Origin: Antedon mediterranea | Lineage: Eukaryota; Animalia; Echinodermata | Direction: 5' to 3' | Assembly: GCF_964355755.1 (NCBI RefSeq) | Contig: NC_092676.1 | Location: 25,562,871-25,626,870, forward strand | Length of the DNA stretch: 64,000 nucleotides | Part shown: one piece after another, positions 48,727 to 61,200 of the stretch | Layout: each line of letters opens with the position of its first letter | How positions within the stretch are numbered: the first letter of the stretch is position 1 | The notes under the pieces: generated by a model | Seen by the model: the letters and a program-made list of their open reading frames with translations, nothing else | Database searches by the model: none | What the model was told of the DNA's origin: nothing | Position numbers and translations under genes: made by a program

Positions 48727-51700
48727 CTGAAATATATGATAAATATATAAATTATTCTCACTGAAAATATCAATTCTTTGTTACTAGAGGGAAAATGGAC
48801 AAAAGATTAAGTCCTTCTCCTTCAAGCTAAATGTTAAATTGGTTCCTCACTAGGACGCAACGCAAGCGAGTTGACCAATAACAAGTGACAGTTCAAATAA
48901 TCCATCGCTTGTGATTGGTCAAATTCCTTACGTTGCTTTTTGTCATTGTGTTGTGTCTCTAGTGGGAACCGCCATTATGGAGGTAATAAACAATTCAAGT
49001 ATTTTGGTAGCTTTAAGAATGACAAGAAAAAATGAAATTGACTAATAAATAATTTACCAAATGCTTCCAATGCCTCCTTGGCCGTTGTCTTCACATCATC
49101 AACATCACATCTTAGTAAATACACAAGCTGGTCAAGGGCCTCTGATGCCTGGAAGAAAACAAGAAACAGTAAGACATTGCCTGCTAAAAATCAAACACTT
49201 ACTACAGACTATTCATAATATTATAGGAATAACAAGCAGGCATTTTTATTTAATTTTACAAGACATCCATCCTGCAAAGAGAATATTTCCAAAGAAAATC
49301 GTGAGTTATACCATTTTTAATTAATACTTTTTAGTTTGCTAAACAAGTAGCACAATAACTTAGTACAGTTCAGAAAGGTAGAGCACAGGTTATAAAGATT
49401 ACAGTTTGTTTACGTACCTTCATAGCAGCGAGGGCAGCACAACCAGCTTGCCTCATAGATTGGTCTCTCTCTTCCAGACACTCAAGATATATATTAATTA
49501 CCTAAAATAATATAAATAATAACAGATTATTAATATAAACTGGTATATATGAAGCCATAATTTATTCAAGTAAGGATTATTGACTATTTTCGACTACATT
49601 CTGTGTTATCACTTACTTTTGCATAATAATTTCATCATTCGGATTAATAGATTCTAGGTACATTCTAACACAAGTTGCCAGGTTTTCACTTACTTTTTGC
49701 CTAATTTCATCATTCCAATTAATAGATTCTAGGTACATTCTAACACAAGTTGCCAGGTTATCACTTACTTTTTGCCTAATTTCATCATTCTGATTAATAG
49801 ATTCTAGGTACATTCTAACACAAGTTGCCAGGTTATCACTTACTTTTTGCCTAATTTCATCATTCTGATTAATAGATTCTAGGTACATTCTAACACCAGT
49901 TTGGAATGTGGAGCTGCTTTCCAACAGGAGTATTCCAAGAGCTTGGAGGTTTCCAGAGGGAAGCAGAATACCTCTTGGAAGCTTCTTGAGAACCTTGGGA
50001 AGATCTGGATTGGCAGGATGTAGGTTGGCAGTCAGCTCATCTGTAATAGTAGATACAATAAGTTTCTTATACGTATTTATTTTTATTTATTTATTTATTT
50101 CATTCCATAAACCATGGAGAAATTCTCCATGCATAAACACAATAGAAATAAGCTGTTTGGGCTATCCTTGAAAATCTTCTATAAATGTTTTTCTCTGTAA
50201 TTTCAGTAGTTAATGATATCACTTTTGTATTTTTTATACTATTATATGTATTTTTTAGAATGATTTTCCAAAAAATTCAAATCAAATGGGAGTCAGGAGA
50301 ATAGACGATACTATTCTTCTTCTTTGATAATTTGTTTTTATTCAACTTGATAGTAAAAACATAATTAATAAATGAAGGACTGAATGTATATAATTTATAT
50401 ATAAATGATGAATAAATATATGAATAGAGTGAAAATAAATATGCATACATTCATTTGTAATATCTGCTACGTATTTCTCTGGGTTTTTTCTGTCGTCTTC
50501 CAGGAAAAATGTGACGTATTGGAACAGTGTTATGACTGTTTTGGGGTTGAGTAGATTGACAGGCCTCTCAATTATCTGTTGTGTAAGATTTTGAAACACT
50601 GGGAAAAAACAATTATTATTAATTAAATAACAACAAATTAAATATTTCTATTCGTTGTACAAGACACTTTTTACTAACGCCAGAATGGCGAGAGGTCATG
50701 AGGTCAATCGGGTGTGTTTGTTTCTTTCTATGTTAGCAGGATACTCAAAAAGTTATTGCCTGATTTTCATAAGATTTTAAGAAGGTTTCATAGCTAGAAC
50801 ACATGATTCAATTTTCATATGCCTATAGCAGGAATACTCAAAAAGTTATTGCCCGATTTTCATAAGATTTTAAGAAGGTTTCATAGCTAGAACACATGAT
50901 TCAATTTTCATATGCCTATAGCAGGATTAATCAAAAAGTTATTGCCTTATTTTAAAAAGATTGTAAAGGAGGTTTCATGTATGGGAAACATATTTTCATA
51001 TGCCTAGGTAGAGGTTTTCGCTCTCTGAGGCCCTTCTAGTTTCTCTTCAGAGTGGATTAAACAAACTATCTCACCTCTGTCAGCAATGTCTGGATGATTT
51101 GTTCGTAGTTTAGCACCAAACTTAACATCAAGATGTAGCAAGAACGAGTCTGTATTTACATAAAGTATTTCTTTCTCTGAACAACACTCCCAGAAATGAA
51201 CAAGTTCAGCATTTGATTTCAATTCAGGATACACTATAAAGGAAAACAAAACTTGTTACTACATCCAAAGCAAAGAATGGGTAAAATGGTGTGTAACATT
51301 TTAACTATAAATATGTAGGAATAGAATTTGCCTTTTGAATGGATATTAATAACCATATCCAATATGAAGCAAAGGTTCTAAATCAAGTTTTAGCTTAAAC
51401 TACATTTAAAATAATGCCATTTAATTACGATTTAATTACGAATTAATTTACGAATTGTATATTTATCTATACAGTGTTCTAATGTATGCATTAAACTACA
51501 AAATACTGTATATACTATATATCAAAATCATTCTACTGCAGTTAATGCAGTAACTATTTACTCTTAAACCTTTTTATGGCAATTATTTAGCAAGCCTTTT
51601 TTGGTAATCATACACAGCTTATTGCATGGACTGCCTCCAGTAAAAGTTGAAGTTACTGCAGTAACTGCAGCAGAATAATTTGGACATGATCCCTTACCTG

Positions 51701-54700
51701 CTTCAGGTGTAGTAACCTTGATTTTATTTTCAACTAACAAGTTGAGTTGTGATAAAATACTAGCTTGCTTCTGTAACTTCTCTAAAGCTATCGTTTCCTT
51801 CACTTTCAAAGGACCAAACGCACCAAGATGCTATCAAAATAATATTCAAAATAAATTAACATCTATGAGCAAATTTAATTTAAATTCAATACAACATTTA
51901 TTTTATGTGAACGATAATAGAATAAAAAAAGGGAAAAGCACATATATAATAAATATAGGTGAAATTAAGACAGGATTAAAGAAAAATACTTGAGACGGGG
52001 CTGCCTGAGACAAGAGGTACACAGAACAATGGACAAAACATAAATAACATCAACAACAACCAACAAAGAAAATTAAGACTACAGATTCCAATCTAGGATA
52101 TGTAACTTTTCAGGCGTCATTATATTAACATTTTGCATTGGCCTCTTCATAAATCCTAAGACCAGATCAGTAGTACAAGAATTAGATTGTACAATTAGAT
52201 AGAACGATTTTAAAGATATGTTTACAAAAAACTTACTGTTAGTAGGTATTCGATAAACTGAAGATGTTGCACAAGTGCTTGATCAACGCCTTCATCTCCG
52301 GTGGTCAAATGTGCCAAGCTCGTACTTGACTTACCAAGCACATCATCACACATGTCAATCAACCGACACTCTCCACGCTGTTCGGACATTTCAAATAGCC
52401 GACTGGCTCGGAAGTTACCGTCAAACAACCAACTGTCACGTTTTTCCATAAATTCAATAAAGCGGCTCTCTCTTTGCCCGCTCCATGCGGATAATTTGTT
52501 TGTTTTGTCGGATACGTCATCCCGTCCCGTTGCATCGACATGGTTATGAATACTGTTCCTATTATTATTTTGCTTATTTTCTTGTGAGTCGGTAATGCTT
52601 TGTTTGTTTAATAAGCTAGCATCTGTCTCATTAATGTTATTTTTACTGATAGCTAGTTTTGTGAATTCGTCAAGTGTTTTTATCTCCACAGGAGAAGGTG
52701 GTGCCTCTTCATCAATACTAATATTTCTGGAAAGAAGAATTATAATATTTGACATGATATACTGTACATTGTTCTTCAATTATGAAAATTGCAGGGAGTA
52801 TTTGATTTGTGAAGAACCTAGTTACATCATGTTAATTTGTTATGTGCATACATAGACATTGAAATATACTTCTTTGCTTGATTTCTTGAAACATATTTGC
52901 CGATTTTAGTTCCAGACGACAATCAACAATATGCGTAAGGTTCTAAATCGAAATATTTATGAATGAAAATAAAAGGATGACTCACTCATAACTGCTACTG
53001 TCTATTTGATCAGTGTCACTCAACGCTTCCTCGATATCGTCCAGAAAGTCGAAACTATCGAGGGCGTTCTTGATTGACACATTAGCCTCAGTTTCAATCT
53101 TTATGTCTTCTGTTTTCCTCTGTCATAGAAAACATAAGTTGAATTAATAACAATTTATTGATAAAAACACATGTTATCAGTGTAACAATAGTTTTAATGT
53201 GGACTAAACTACCTCAGAACTAATAGGAGGCAATTTTGAAAAGGAAAGAATAGAGAATACACATATCACTGGTATATTTTATTCAATTCAATTTTATACA
53301 TACAAAATACATTCATAAAATTTAGCAGCAGGAAAAAAAGATGGCATGGTAAATGGAATGGTAGAATTCCAGAGGAATAGAAAGATACAGCGATCACTGT
53401 CAAAGATACTTCCTGACATGACCTTTGAACATACCTTCAGCATCCTATCCAAATTGTTAACCTGCATGTCTAGGCATTTTAGCTCTGCATACTGTCCATT
53501 TAAGATCTCCAAAAGTCTATAGACATTATGCAGTGCTTCTTCTAAGGTTAAGATTGGTGCCGTGTGCATATCAAAATGACGTGATTTGGGGCGGTTAGTC
53601 GTTTGACTCATAACTTTTTCTTCCATACTATGTGAACGCTTCTGTAAATTAATTTAAATAAGCAAATTAAATATATGTGCATATATGCATTGGTGGCAGT
53701 ATTCTATGATTCCGATGCCGTAAACTAAAACTAACAAGAATCTATTTACGCATGCTCTAGGCATAGTCAATAGACTTTTCATGTCCAGGTGAGCTGGAAC
53801 TTAAAGCTTCCCACATGAACACAATGCAAGGACGTGACCGCTAACGGAAGGCGAGTCAACCAATGATAAGTGAAAATTTAAATAATCTATCGCCTGTGAT
53901 TGGTCAAATCACTTTTGCTGCGCATTTACATCATAGCGTTACGTCCTAGTGCGAACCAAGCTTTAAGATTGTGCTTAACAGTTTGCTTATCTCATGACAC
54001 GCCGCATATTTTTGTGTAGATGGGTAAAACACTACACTATCAAAAAGATGTACCCATATATGGACATGATGATGTCATATCGCTACCATATTTGGGCATA
54101 TTACTACCATATTTGGGCACATCACACTTTTCTTTTGTCAAACTAGTTTGATAGTGTAGACAGAACTTAAGATTATCAAAGACATACATTTTCTACAGGA
54201 TGACTACCAGATGACTCTGTGTAGGCTCGTTCTCTTCGTCCAAACGTTCCTCCTTTGGGACTGCGTACTTGTTCCTCATCTTGAGTTTGGAATGGGCTTT
54301 AAAAATATTAGAAAAACTTATTAAAAATGCTATACGGGTCCTGGTTTAATGGAATTGCTTAAAATTATATGGAATAATTGTGAGGATCTTCAACCTACAG
54401 TAGAACTATATGAAGAGGCTGTCAGGAGCCACCAATTGGTTCCAAGAATAGAAGTATCAAAACATATATTTCTCCTTTGTATATATTTATTGAAGTGTCT
54501 TCTTAACAAAGGTTTCTTTTAAATAGGGGTGTCCTCTGAATAGAGGTTCAATTGTATTATTTGTTTAGTTCTGACTATATACAATAGTGTGTTCTTAATT
54601 GTCATCAAAACAAACACAAAATCTTACCACCATGACACGGTCATATTCATTTTAATGGTACCATTTTCATTTACGTTAATCGTCAGATTCTGAAACAAAT

Positions 54701-57700
54701 ATAGACAAATTTAATTACAAAAATATAAATAAAATTGCAATTCAGTTTTGCAACAATGAACTAATTGTTGTTCCCCATAAAATACATTGTTTTTATTCCA
54801 GTTTTTTCATTTATTTAACAACATTTATTTAACAACATTTATTTAACAACATTTATTTAACAACATCTTTATCCAGGATTACACCATCAGGTAAAGAAAA
54901 ACCTGCATTGCATTGTGGTCCTGTTCATACTGATAGCTTACCTGTGGTTCCGATTGGTAGAAGTCTGATGTGTCAAACTCTAAATTTCCTATCACCATGT
55001 TGGCTCTGCCGATTCCTCGAATTTCAGTTACCTGTTAAAAACGTTTGCAAATGCATTATTACACACATTTTTAAAACAATCTTTCAAAACAAAAGTATTA
55101 ATTCATTTAAAAACACCCTTGATAAACACAAATTTTTTATGAGAGAAGGGGCCCCTTACGAGTTTTACTCATGCCTCTTTACTTTACTAAGTTAAGAATT
55201 ACTAAGGTAAGAAACAATTATATGAAATAGTGATTATTTATGAGAATTTATTTTTTTGATTATGAAATTTTAAATATCTGCCCGTTTCTAATTTATTCAA
55301 CAGTATTACTGGTGGTTTGTTTTTTTAATTTTTTTACCTTTACAGTAAGGAATTCTCCTATTAATGGAAACAATACTATCTCATCATGTTCCCAGCTTTG
55401 GCTTAAGTCTTTTTCTACTTTGCATCTTGATTTCCACTTTTGCTGTCCATACTTGAACGTAATCTAGAAAGGAAATAGTATTAGATGTTATTTTGGCAAT
55501 AGCATTGAAGCTTAATTTGAATTTCTAATTCAATAACAGCAACAGTGGAGTTGATAAACTATTTCCATTTCCAAACCACTTTTTGTCCTCCAATAAAAAC
55601 ACTTAAAATAGACCATTATAAATTGTTTGTCCTTTTATCATACCTCAAATATATCTCCTCTGCAGACTCTGGCAAAACCTGCGATGCCCTCTATTTTGAT
55701 TAGAAACATTCCAAGATTAGCCTCCAATTCAGCCTCCATGTAGCAAAGAGCCTAAAGAATAAGGACCCGAATTTGAATATATATTAACAAATTACCATTT
55801 TCACTGACAGTGACAAGCTTTAACTGACACCTAGGGACGTAACAATGAATAGAATAAAATAAATAATCATCATCCTAGTATTAGGACTTAAGATCAACTC
55901 AGACAGCGTCATACGACGAGGCCTGACAAAACGTCTTGGCTTGTCGGTGCTGTATGAATTGAATCCCGAAGAGACATCTTGAGAAAGCGTCAGGGCGTAG
56001 TTCTTAGGTCTTTGGGAGAACTTTAAACATGTTTAATTTTCTTGTCAGGCCTCGTCTACGACGCTATCTGAGTTGGCCTTTAGTCAGTTAATTGTGAACA
56101 GGGACATGCTTCTTTATTTAATCTCTTAAGACCATTTTGGTAGATTTTTAGGTGCGTAGGTTATAACAAATCCTTAAGCTTTGTCAACAATATCAAACTA
56201 GTTTGAAAATGTGCCCAAATATGGTAGTGATATGCCCAAATATTGTAGTGATATGACATCATCGTGTCCATATATGGGAACACCACATTTTGTTGTCACT
56301 AGTTTGATAGTGTAAACATAGCTTTAATGATACGTTTTACTAAGACACCTGTATGCTCCTGTATTACCTGTGTACAGTCTTTGACGCCACTCTTTGCTTC
56401 GTTAACAGGTTCTTTCTTTTTACGTGCATGATCAGAATACGCCCTCACCATATTTACTGCACCTAATAATATCAATAAGAAACTTCCTTTATAAAAATAC
56501 TTCCATAGTTGTTTCAATCATTAACGATGGATTGTAGAAAATAATGATTCATTTAATGTTGGCTACTTTTGACAACAATATTTTAATGACTGTATTAGTA
56601 CCTTCTCGCACTTTAAGCTCCTTTTCATAGTGCTCTTGGAGCTCTTCAACTTTTGCTAAATGAAATTGCAATTTCCTAGGGAAAAAATAATAATAATATT
56701 AATAATAAATATAATACCTGTTTTACACAGAAATATCAACAATTAAAAAAAAAGTATTCTACTATTTAAGCAAAATGTGTTTTCTTTCACGGTTACTAAA
56801 TTAAATATTAAAATAATATACATACCTTATGTATCTTTCATTGTTTTTAACTTGCTGTAAGGAAGTAGAAAACAGAATGAAAATTAGAAAATATAGTAAA
56901 ACCCCTACTCAGAGGTACATGCATGGAGCTATAGTAGTTCTAATTTATAGGTCCATGCTCATAGTAAAACATCTATTTCAATTTATAGCGACAAATACAG
57001 TATGTATAAAGTATAGTAATAGGCGTATTGTTTATACTCCTATTAATGGTAAACCTTTTGGTACAACACCGTTTGGTAAACTATAATCGGGGAATCATTC
57101 CATGCCTACAGAGTTTGTCCCTCTAATACTGAAATTACTACATTCCCTGTTGTACAGTTTATTTTTGTTACTGGTCATACATACACATGCAGTTTCATTC
57201 CTTTTTAGATTGAGTGGCATTTATTTATTTAAAATAGAAGACAGGAAAACACATAAAAACTACTACTAAGTCAGAATTTATTAATATAAGGAAATACATA
57301 TTGCACATATTGATTGTAAAATTTATATTATAATGATTCTTACCTTGTCAAGGTTGTAGTGAAAACCCTATAAAAAAAAGACAAAAATTGTTTTGAATTT
57401 GTAAACCACATTAAGAAACATTTAACCCATACTATACACTAACTACAAATAAAGGTTAAACATGAATTAAACAACAGTTAGATTTCGAAAACATAAAGAA
57501 AGGTGTTATATTTAAATACACATGTTTATTTTATTAAAAGGTAACTACCGTACAATACTGACTTATGGATTCATAATTAAGACAGCAACAGTATTATTCA
57601 TCATGGCAAAAATAAAATGTTGGTATTATATTTACTTTGGTTCTAGTGATGTGATGGGTACATTGCCATAAGCCCAGATTTATCACCCCATCTTAAGGTC

Positions 57701-57968
57701 TACGGTCTGCACTATCAAACTAGTTTGACAAAAAAAGGATGATGTGCCCAAATAGGGTAGTGATATGCTCAAATATGGTAGTAATATGACATCATCATGT
57801 CCATTATGGGCACATCACATGTTTTTGTCACATAAAGTATGATAGTGTAGACAGAGCTTAAGTAACAATAGGATTATTCTTACCTGTCTAGAGCTTACTG
57901 TTGATTTTGTATCTAGCTGTCGCACCTTGATTGTCTCTAACTTTTGTTGACTATTTGTAATACTTTCC
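48623..57968 (-). CDS. RIPOR: RIPOR/FAM65-family Rho-interacting cell-polarization regulator; 20 coding exons, ~849 aa visible, N-terminal exons not located
   Basis: GT-AG exons join in phase: 57884-57968, 57344-57367, 56826-56854, 56602-56675, 56368-56462, 55644-55751, 55338-55463, 54942-55031, 54628-54689, 54188-54296, 53435-53641, 52986-53119, 52237-52726, 51698-51830, 51075-51233, 50449-50598, 49844-50040, 49418-49501, 49058-49148, 48623-48726. Motifs GFHYNLDK, GAVNMVRAY, IAGFARVCRGDIFE, KYGQQKWK, NALDSFDFL, LTTGDEGVDQALVQHL, LGAFGPL and QAGCAALAAMK match FAM65 proteins as recalled. Confidence 0.9.
49058..49148 (-). CDS. RIPOR: RIPOR exon (HEAT-like)
   Basis: ASEALDQLVYLLRCDVDDVKTTAKEALEAF; AG/GT boundaries. 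Confidence 0.85.
49418..49501 (-). CDS. RIPOR: RIPOR exon (HEAT-like)
   Basis: VINIYLECLEERDQSMRQAGCAALAAMK. Confidence 0.85.
49610..49895. repeat. 75-bp tandem repeat x~4 spanning an exon end and splice donor
   Basis: cacttac (GTAAGTG on minus strand) at 49610, 49687, 49762, 49837. Confidence 0.92.
49844..50040 (-). CDS. RIPOR: RIPOR exon
   Basis: ELTANLHP..PSGNLQALGILLLESSSTFQTGVRMYLESINQNDEIRQK then gtaagt. Confidence 0.8.
50449..50598 (-). CDS. RIPOR: RIPOR exon
   Basis: FQNLTQQIIERP..VITLFQYVTFF. Confidence 0.75.
50670..51005. mobile_element. Partial Helentron/HINE-like element with ~92-bp internal tandem repeats x3
   Basis: T-run start, short hairpin cgccagaatggcg, GTTT-type microsatellite, agcagga..tcaaaaagttattgcc at ~50736, ~50827, ~50920. 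Confidence 0.55.
51075..51233 (-). CDS. RIPOR: RIPOR exon
   Basis: YPELKSNAELVHFWECC..HPDIADR. Confidence 0.8.
51698..51830 (-). CDS. RIPOR: RIPOR exon
   Basis: HLGAFGPLKVKETIALEKLQKQ.. Confidence 0.85.
52237..52726 (-). CDS. RIPOR: RIPOR exon
   Basis: NISIDEEAPPSP..LTTGDEGVDQALVQHLQFIEYLLT. Confidence 0.82.
52986..53119 (-). CDS. RIPOR: RIPOR exon
   Basis: ..NVSIKNALDSFDFLDDIEE.. Confidence 0.85.
53435..53641 (-). CDS. RIPOR: RIPOR exon
   Basis: ..LEEALHNVYRLLEILNGQYAELKCLDMQVNNLDRMLK. Confidence 0.85.
53801..53966. mobile_element. MITE family 2 (related copy at ~48838-48972)
   Basis: ttaaagctt...aagctttaa ends; shared core accaat..aataatc(t/c)atcgc(c/t)tgtgattggtcaaat. Confidence 0.6.
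54030..54169. mobile_element. MITE family 1 copy
   Basis: ctacactatcaaa...tttgatagtgtagac inverted ends. Confidence 0.7.
54188..54296 (-). CDS. RIPOR: RIPOR exon
   Basis: PFQTQDEEQVRSPKGGTFGRRERAYTESSGSHPVEN; phase fits neighbours. Confidence 0.75.
54396..54556. mobile_element. Degenerate Tc1/mariner(pogo)-type MITE
   Basis: tacagtagaac...gttcaattgta ends; gtgtccYctNaatag motif recurs at ~59005 and ~62960-63110. Confidence 0.45.
54628..54689 (-). CDS. RIPOR: RIPOR exon
   Basis: NLTINVNENGTIKMNMTVSW. Confidence 0.85.
54808..54867. repeat. 14-bp minisatellite x4
   Basis: (atttatttaacaac)4. Confidence 0.85.
54942..55031 (-). CDS. RIPOR: RIPOR exon
   Basis: VTEIRGIGRANMVIGNLEFDTSDFYQSEPQ. 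Confidence 0.85.
55338..55463 (-). CDS. RIPOR: RIPOR exon
   Basis: ITFKYGQQKWKSRCKVEKDLSQSWEHDEIVLFPLIGEFLTVK. Confidence 0.9.
55644..55751 (-). CDS. RIPOR: RIPOR exon
   Basis: ALCYMEAELEANLGMFLIKIEGIAGFARVCRGDIFE. Confidence 0.9.
55888..56082. mobile_element. MITE family 3 with ~40-bp TIRs
   Basis: caactcagacagcgtcatacgacgaggcctgacaa versus ttgtcaggcctcgtctacgacgctatctgagttg. Confidence 0.75.
56175..56326. mobile_element. MITE family 1 copy
   Basis: aagctttgtcaacaatatcaaact...agtttgatagtgtaaacatagcttt. Confidence 0.7.
56368..56462 (-). CDS. RIPOR: RIPOR exon
   Basis: AVNMVRAYSDHARKKKEPVNEAKSGVKDCTQ. Confidence 0.88.
56602..56675 (-). CDS. RIPOR: RIPOR exon
   Basis: KLQFHLAKVEELQEHYEKELKVRE. 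Confidence 0.88.
56826..56854 (-). CDS. RIPOR: RIPOR 29-bp micro-exon
   Basis: ttacag-QVKNNERYI(R)-gtatg. Confidence 0.8.
57344..57367 (-). CDS. RIPOR: RIPOR 24-bp micro-exon
   Basis: tag-GFHYNLDK-gtaag. Confidence 0.85.
57694..57860. mobile_element. MITE family 1 copy
   Basis: cactatcaaactagtttgac...gatagtgtagacagagcttaa. Confidence 0.7.
57884..57968 (-). CDS. RIPOR: RIPOR exon (most 5' exon found)
   Basis: ESITNSQQKLETIKVRQLDTKSTVSSRQ; CAG acceptor, GTAAG donor. Confidence 0.75.
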
Positions 57969-58100
57969 CTGAAGAAGAAAAAATAAATAGATAACCTAAA
58001 AGAATCAGCAATTTTGCTGACAACATTCCAATAATATCATCACAATATCAACATGTATCATTTTAACATTGATATCCTGACTTCATATAACATCTTGTGT

Positions 58101-58267
58101 AAAGCTCTGTCTACACTATCAAACTAGTTTGACAAAAAAAAGTATGATTTAACCAAATATGGTAGTGATATGCCCACATAATGGTAATGATATGAAATCA
58201 TCATGTCCATATATGGGCACATCTGATTTTTTTGTCACATAAAGTTTCATAGTGTAGACAAAGCTTT
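58101..58267. mobile_element. MITE family 1, best-preserved copy (~25-bp TIRs)
   Basis: aaagctctgtctacactatcaaact / agtttcatagtgtagacaaagcttt. Confidence 0.8.
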
Positions 58268-61200
58268 GTGGCATGCTTGAAGGGGTGGGCTTATACCTAA
58301 CATGTATTTACACATGTGGGCTTATGACCAAGTATAGGATTATACCAATCAATATCATCATAACCAATCATCAGCCTCATAAATATTTTTTTTTTCATTA
58401 TTAATAAGGCTGTTGCTATCCTTCATTCATCATAATCATGATATATTCATCATTGACAGACACTCAACAATATGACTACCTCATAAATCACATCAGCTTA
58501 GGCAGTACTGTACGTCACTGCTACAACATTTTAAAACAACATAATAGGCGTAGTCATAATAATTCTATCCCTATTATGTTGTTTTTAACTTAAACATTAA
58601 TAATCTGCTTGTGACTCATTCTAATGTTAAAAGCACCATTAATAATTGCACTTAAAATAATTAAAAAGAATTATCAAAAGAGATTTATTATTTTGTACAG
58701 ATAATGTGTTTGCCAATTATTTCAGTAATAAAGTCTCTTTCTAGCACAACAAAATTGAGCTTGTGAAACTAGAATCATCAAATGAACAACAATTTTCTGC
58801 TAATTACATTGTGCATCTCATTATATTGATCTGTATGAATATTGGGCGTTCACTGAAACTTAATCTTATGTATCTGGCGAGAGCAATCAAATAATTCTTG
58901 CAACTCTAAACACATTGCCTTGTAGGAAATTGTTAGTTAAAAATAATTTGTAAACTGTATAGTAGAATGCTAATATCAAGGGGAAAATTTTAGGCCCCAA
59001 AAAAAGTGTCCCCTTAATAGGGTTGGTTTTAGTGTTTAAATTTTATTTATTTTATTTCAACTACTGTACATCCAAGAGCGAAAAATCACCCAATTATAGG
59101 ATGCCTTAAAAACATTTAGATATAAATATATGTTAAAACACAGAAAAGTACAATAGGAAACATACAAAAAGGTAATTATACTGTATTCGTTTCTCAGGAA
59201 AATGTTCCAAAGGACTGTATTAAAATGAAAATTGGCAAAAGAACCTATCCAAACCCACTTTTAAAAGGATTGGGTCTAAAATCCTGAATAATTTTATCAC
59301 TTGTAAATGTAGGCACCCTAAACATTTTGAGAAGGAAACATAAAACTAGATCCTTTTCCAATTATTCAGTAACGATAAATTTTCCCACTGTAGTGTTAAT
59401 TACGTTACAGCATCTAATTATCATGATTTGTATGCATATTGGGCGTTAACTGTAAGGCAATTCCACAGCTGGTGATATGTCCATTATCTGCTTGTGTATT
59501 CAGTACAGCATAGTACTATTGGAGATGAGTACGATGATTTTAATTTTGTGACTGATTTATTCACACGTTTCACGGATACAAGGATGATGACCCTAAAAAG
59601 TAGCAGTGACCTTTTGTTTGTTTGTTGGTTGCTTTTATTTTGTCTTGGACACACTGGGCATGGTAAAAATGAGGAATGATGTGTCATTTATTTTTCATAA
59701 CTTTGTGTGACAGTACGTTCTATATTTTAGATAATTTTATATTCTCGATATATAAATATGTCTTTGTTGTTTGTTTTTTTATACCTTTTGATATTAAGTT
59801 CATTTTATACCAGAATGTAAATATAACAATTTTAATATTGTACCTTCAATAATAATACGGTAATGTTTGTTTCTCCTGAAATTCAATAAAAAAATGTTGA
59901 TTTTGCCATTAAAAATTAATTAAAGTATTTTTTATTTTATTCAATGGAAAATGAGCACAAATGCATGTCGTATTAAATAGATTGTCACCACAAATAACTC
60001 TTTATGGAGGTGGATATTTCTGTTAGTTCATTTTAAATAAAACAATCAACAATTTTAAAAAATAAATGTGTTTCATATATTACTGTAGCATAAAAAATGA
60101 ATATACTGTACAGTAAAGTACCATAAAAATCAATTCTACTGTATATGATACACATTCATGAATTTGTAACATCATCAGATTAGTTATCTACACTATATAT
60201 GCATGGAGTAATCTTTACTCCATGGTATATGCTAGCAAACACAAGTTGTTGACAAACAGTCAATTAATGAGGCGTTATTAGCACTTTCTGTACCTTTGTA
60301 CAGGGATGAATAATTGCTATGACATCATAGAAGGATCTAATATCAACCAATCACATGGACTCATGTGTTGGATTGTGCTATCTGAGAAAATGCATGAACT
60401 ATGATACAAAAAACAATAGTACAAATATTACAAATAATATTGTAATGTCATCTTTGCCTATGCCTCACTTTTCCCGTGCCATACTATAAGTGATGGGACA
60501 TTATCTTTTTTTTGCCTGAATATAATAACAAATACATATTATATTATATACAGTAAAAGTAATGCCTCCTTGGGAAGATTCATATTAAAGGAGACAGTTT
60601 TAAAATAATACAAGGGGCCATGTTTTATTTAACTACAACTATGAAAGGAGTCATCCCTATAAGGGGACGCTTTGAGGGATATCTCAGGTGTCCCATTAAT
60701 ATCCTACTATATTTCTGTTTTAAAACTAATAAATATTTAGCAGATAAATATTCAAAATTGTCTTTAACTATTGAATTGTGTGCTGATCAACTTATTTGGG
60801 AACTTCTAAAATGTGTTTACAAGTTTACAACATTTAAAAAAGTAATAACCACTTAAGACAATAACTGTAAACAAATAAGTTTCTTAACATCAGTAAAGCA
60901 ACTCAATTACTACAAATTTCTCATTATTGCTTATGTCTTGATAAATGGGTAATAAAAATGAAAATCGGATAGCATTAAATTACAATGTTATTTAAGCAAG
61001 TCTAGTATATTTTACAGCAAGCAACAGCAGGTGACCACGTTCAACAATATAATAAATCCAGGTCTCACATTAATCTTCAAGACGTCTGCTGATATAGTCT
61101 CGCTGCTAAATGATAATAAAATAACCTATTAAACAAATCTATTCAATACTTCTGAAAGGAGTTGTTGACTTGATTTGTACTATTTTCTTATGATGTTATT

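Noticed and set aside
49610-49895. CRISPR-like or independent 103-aa repeat ORF
   Set aside because: Contiguous repeats with no unique spacers, in eukaryotic context; the ORF is read-through of a RIPOR exon.
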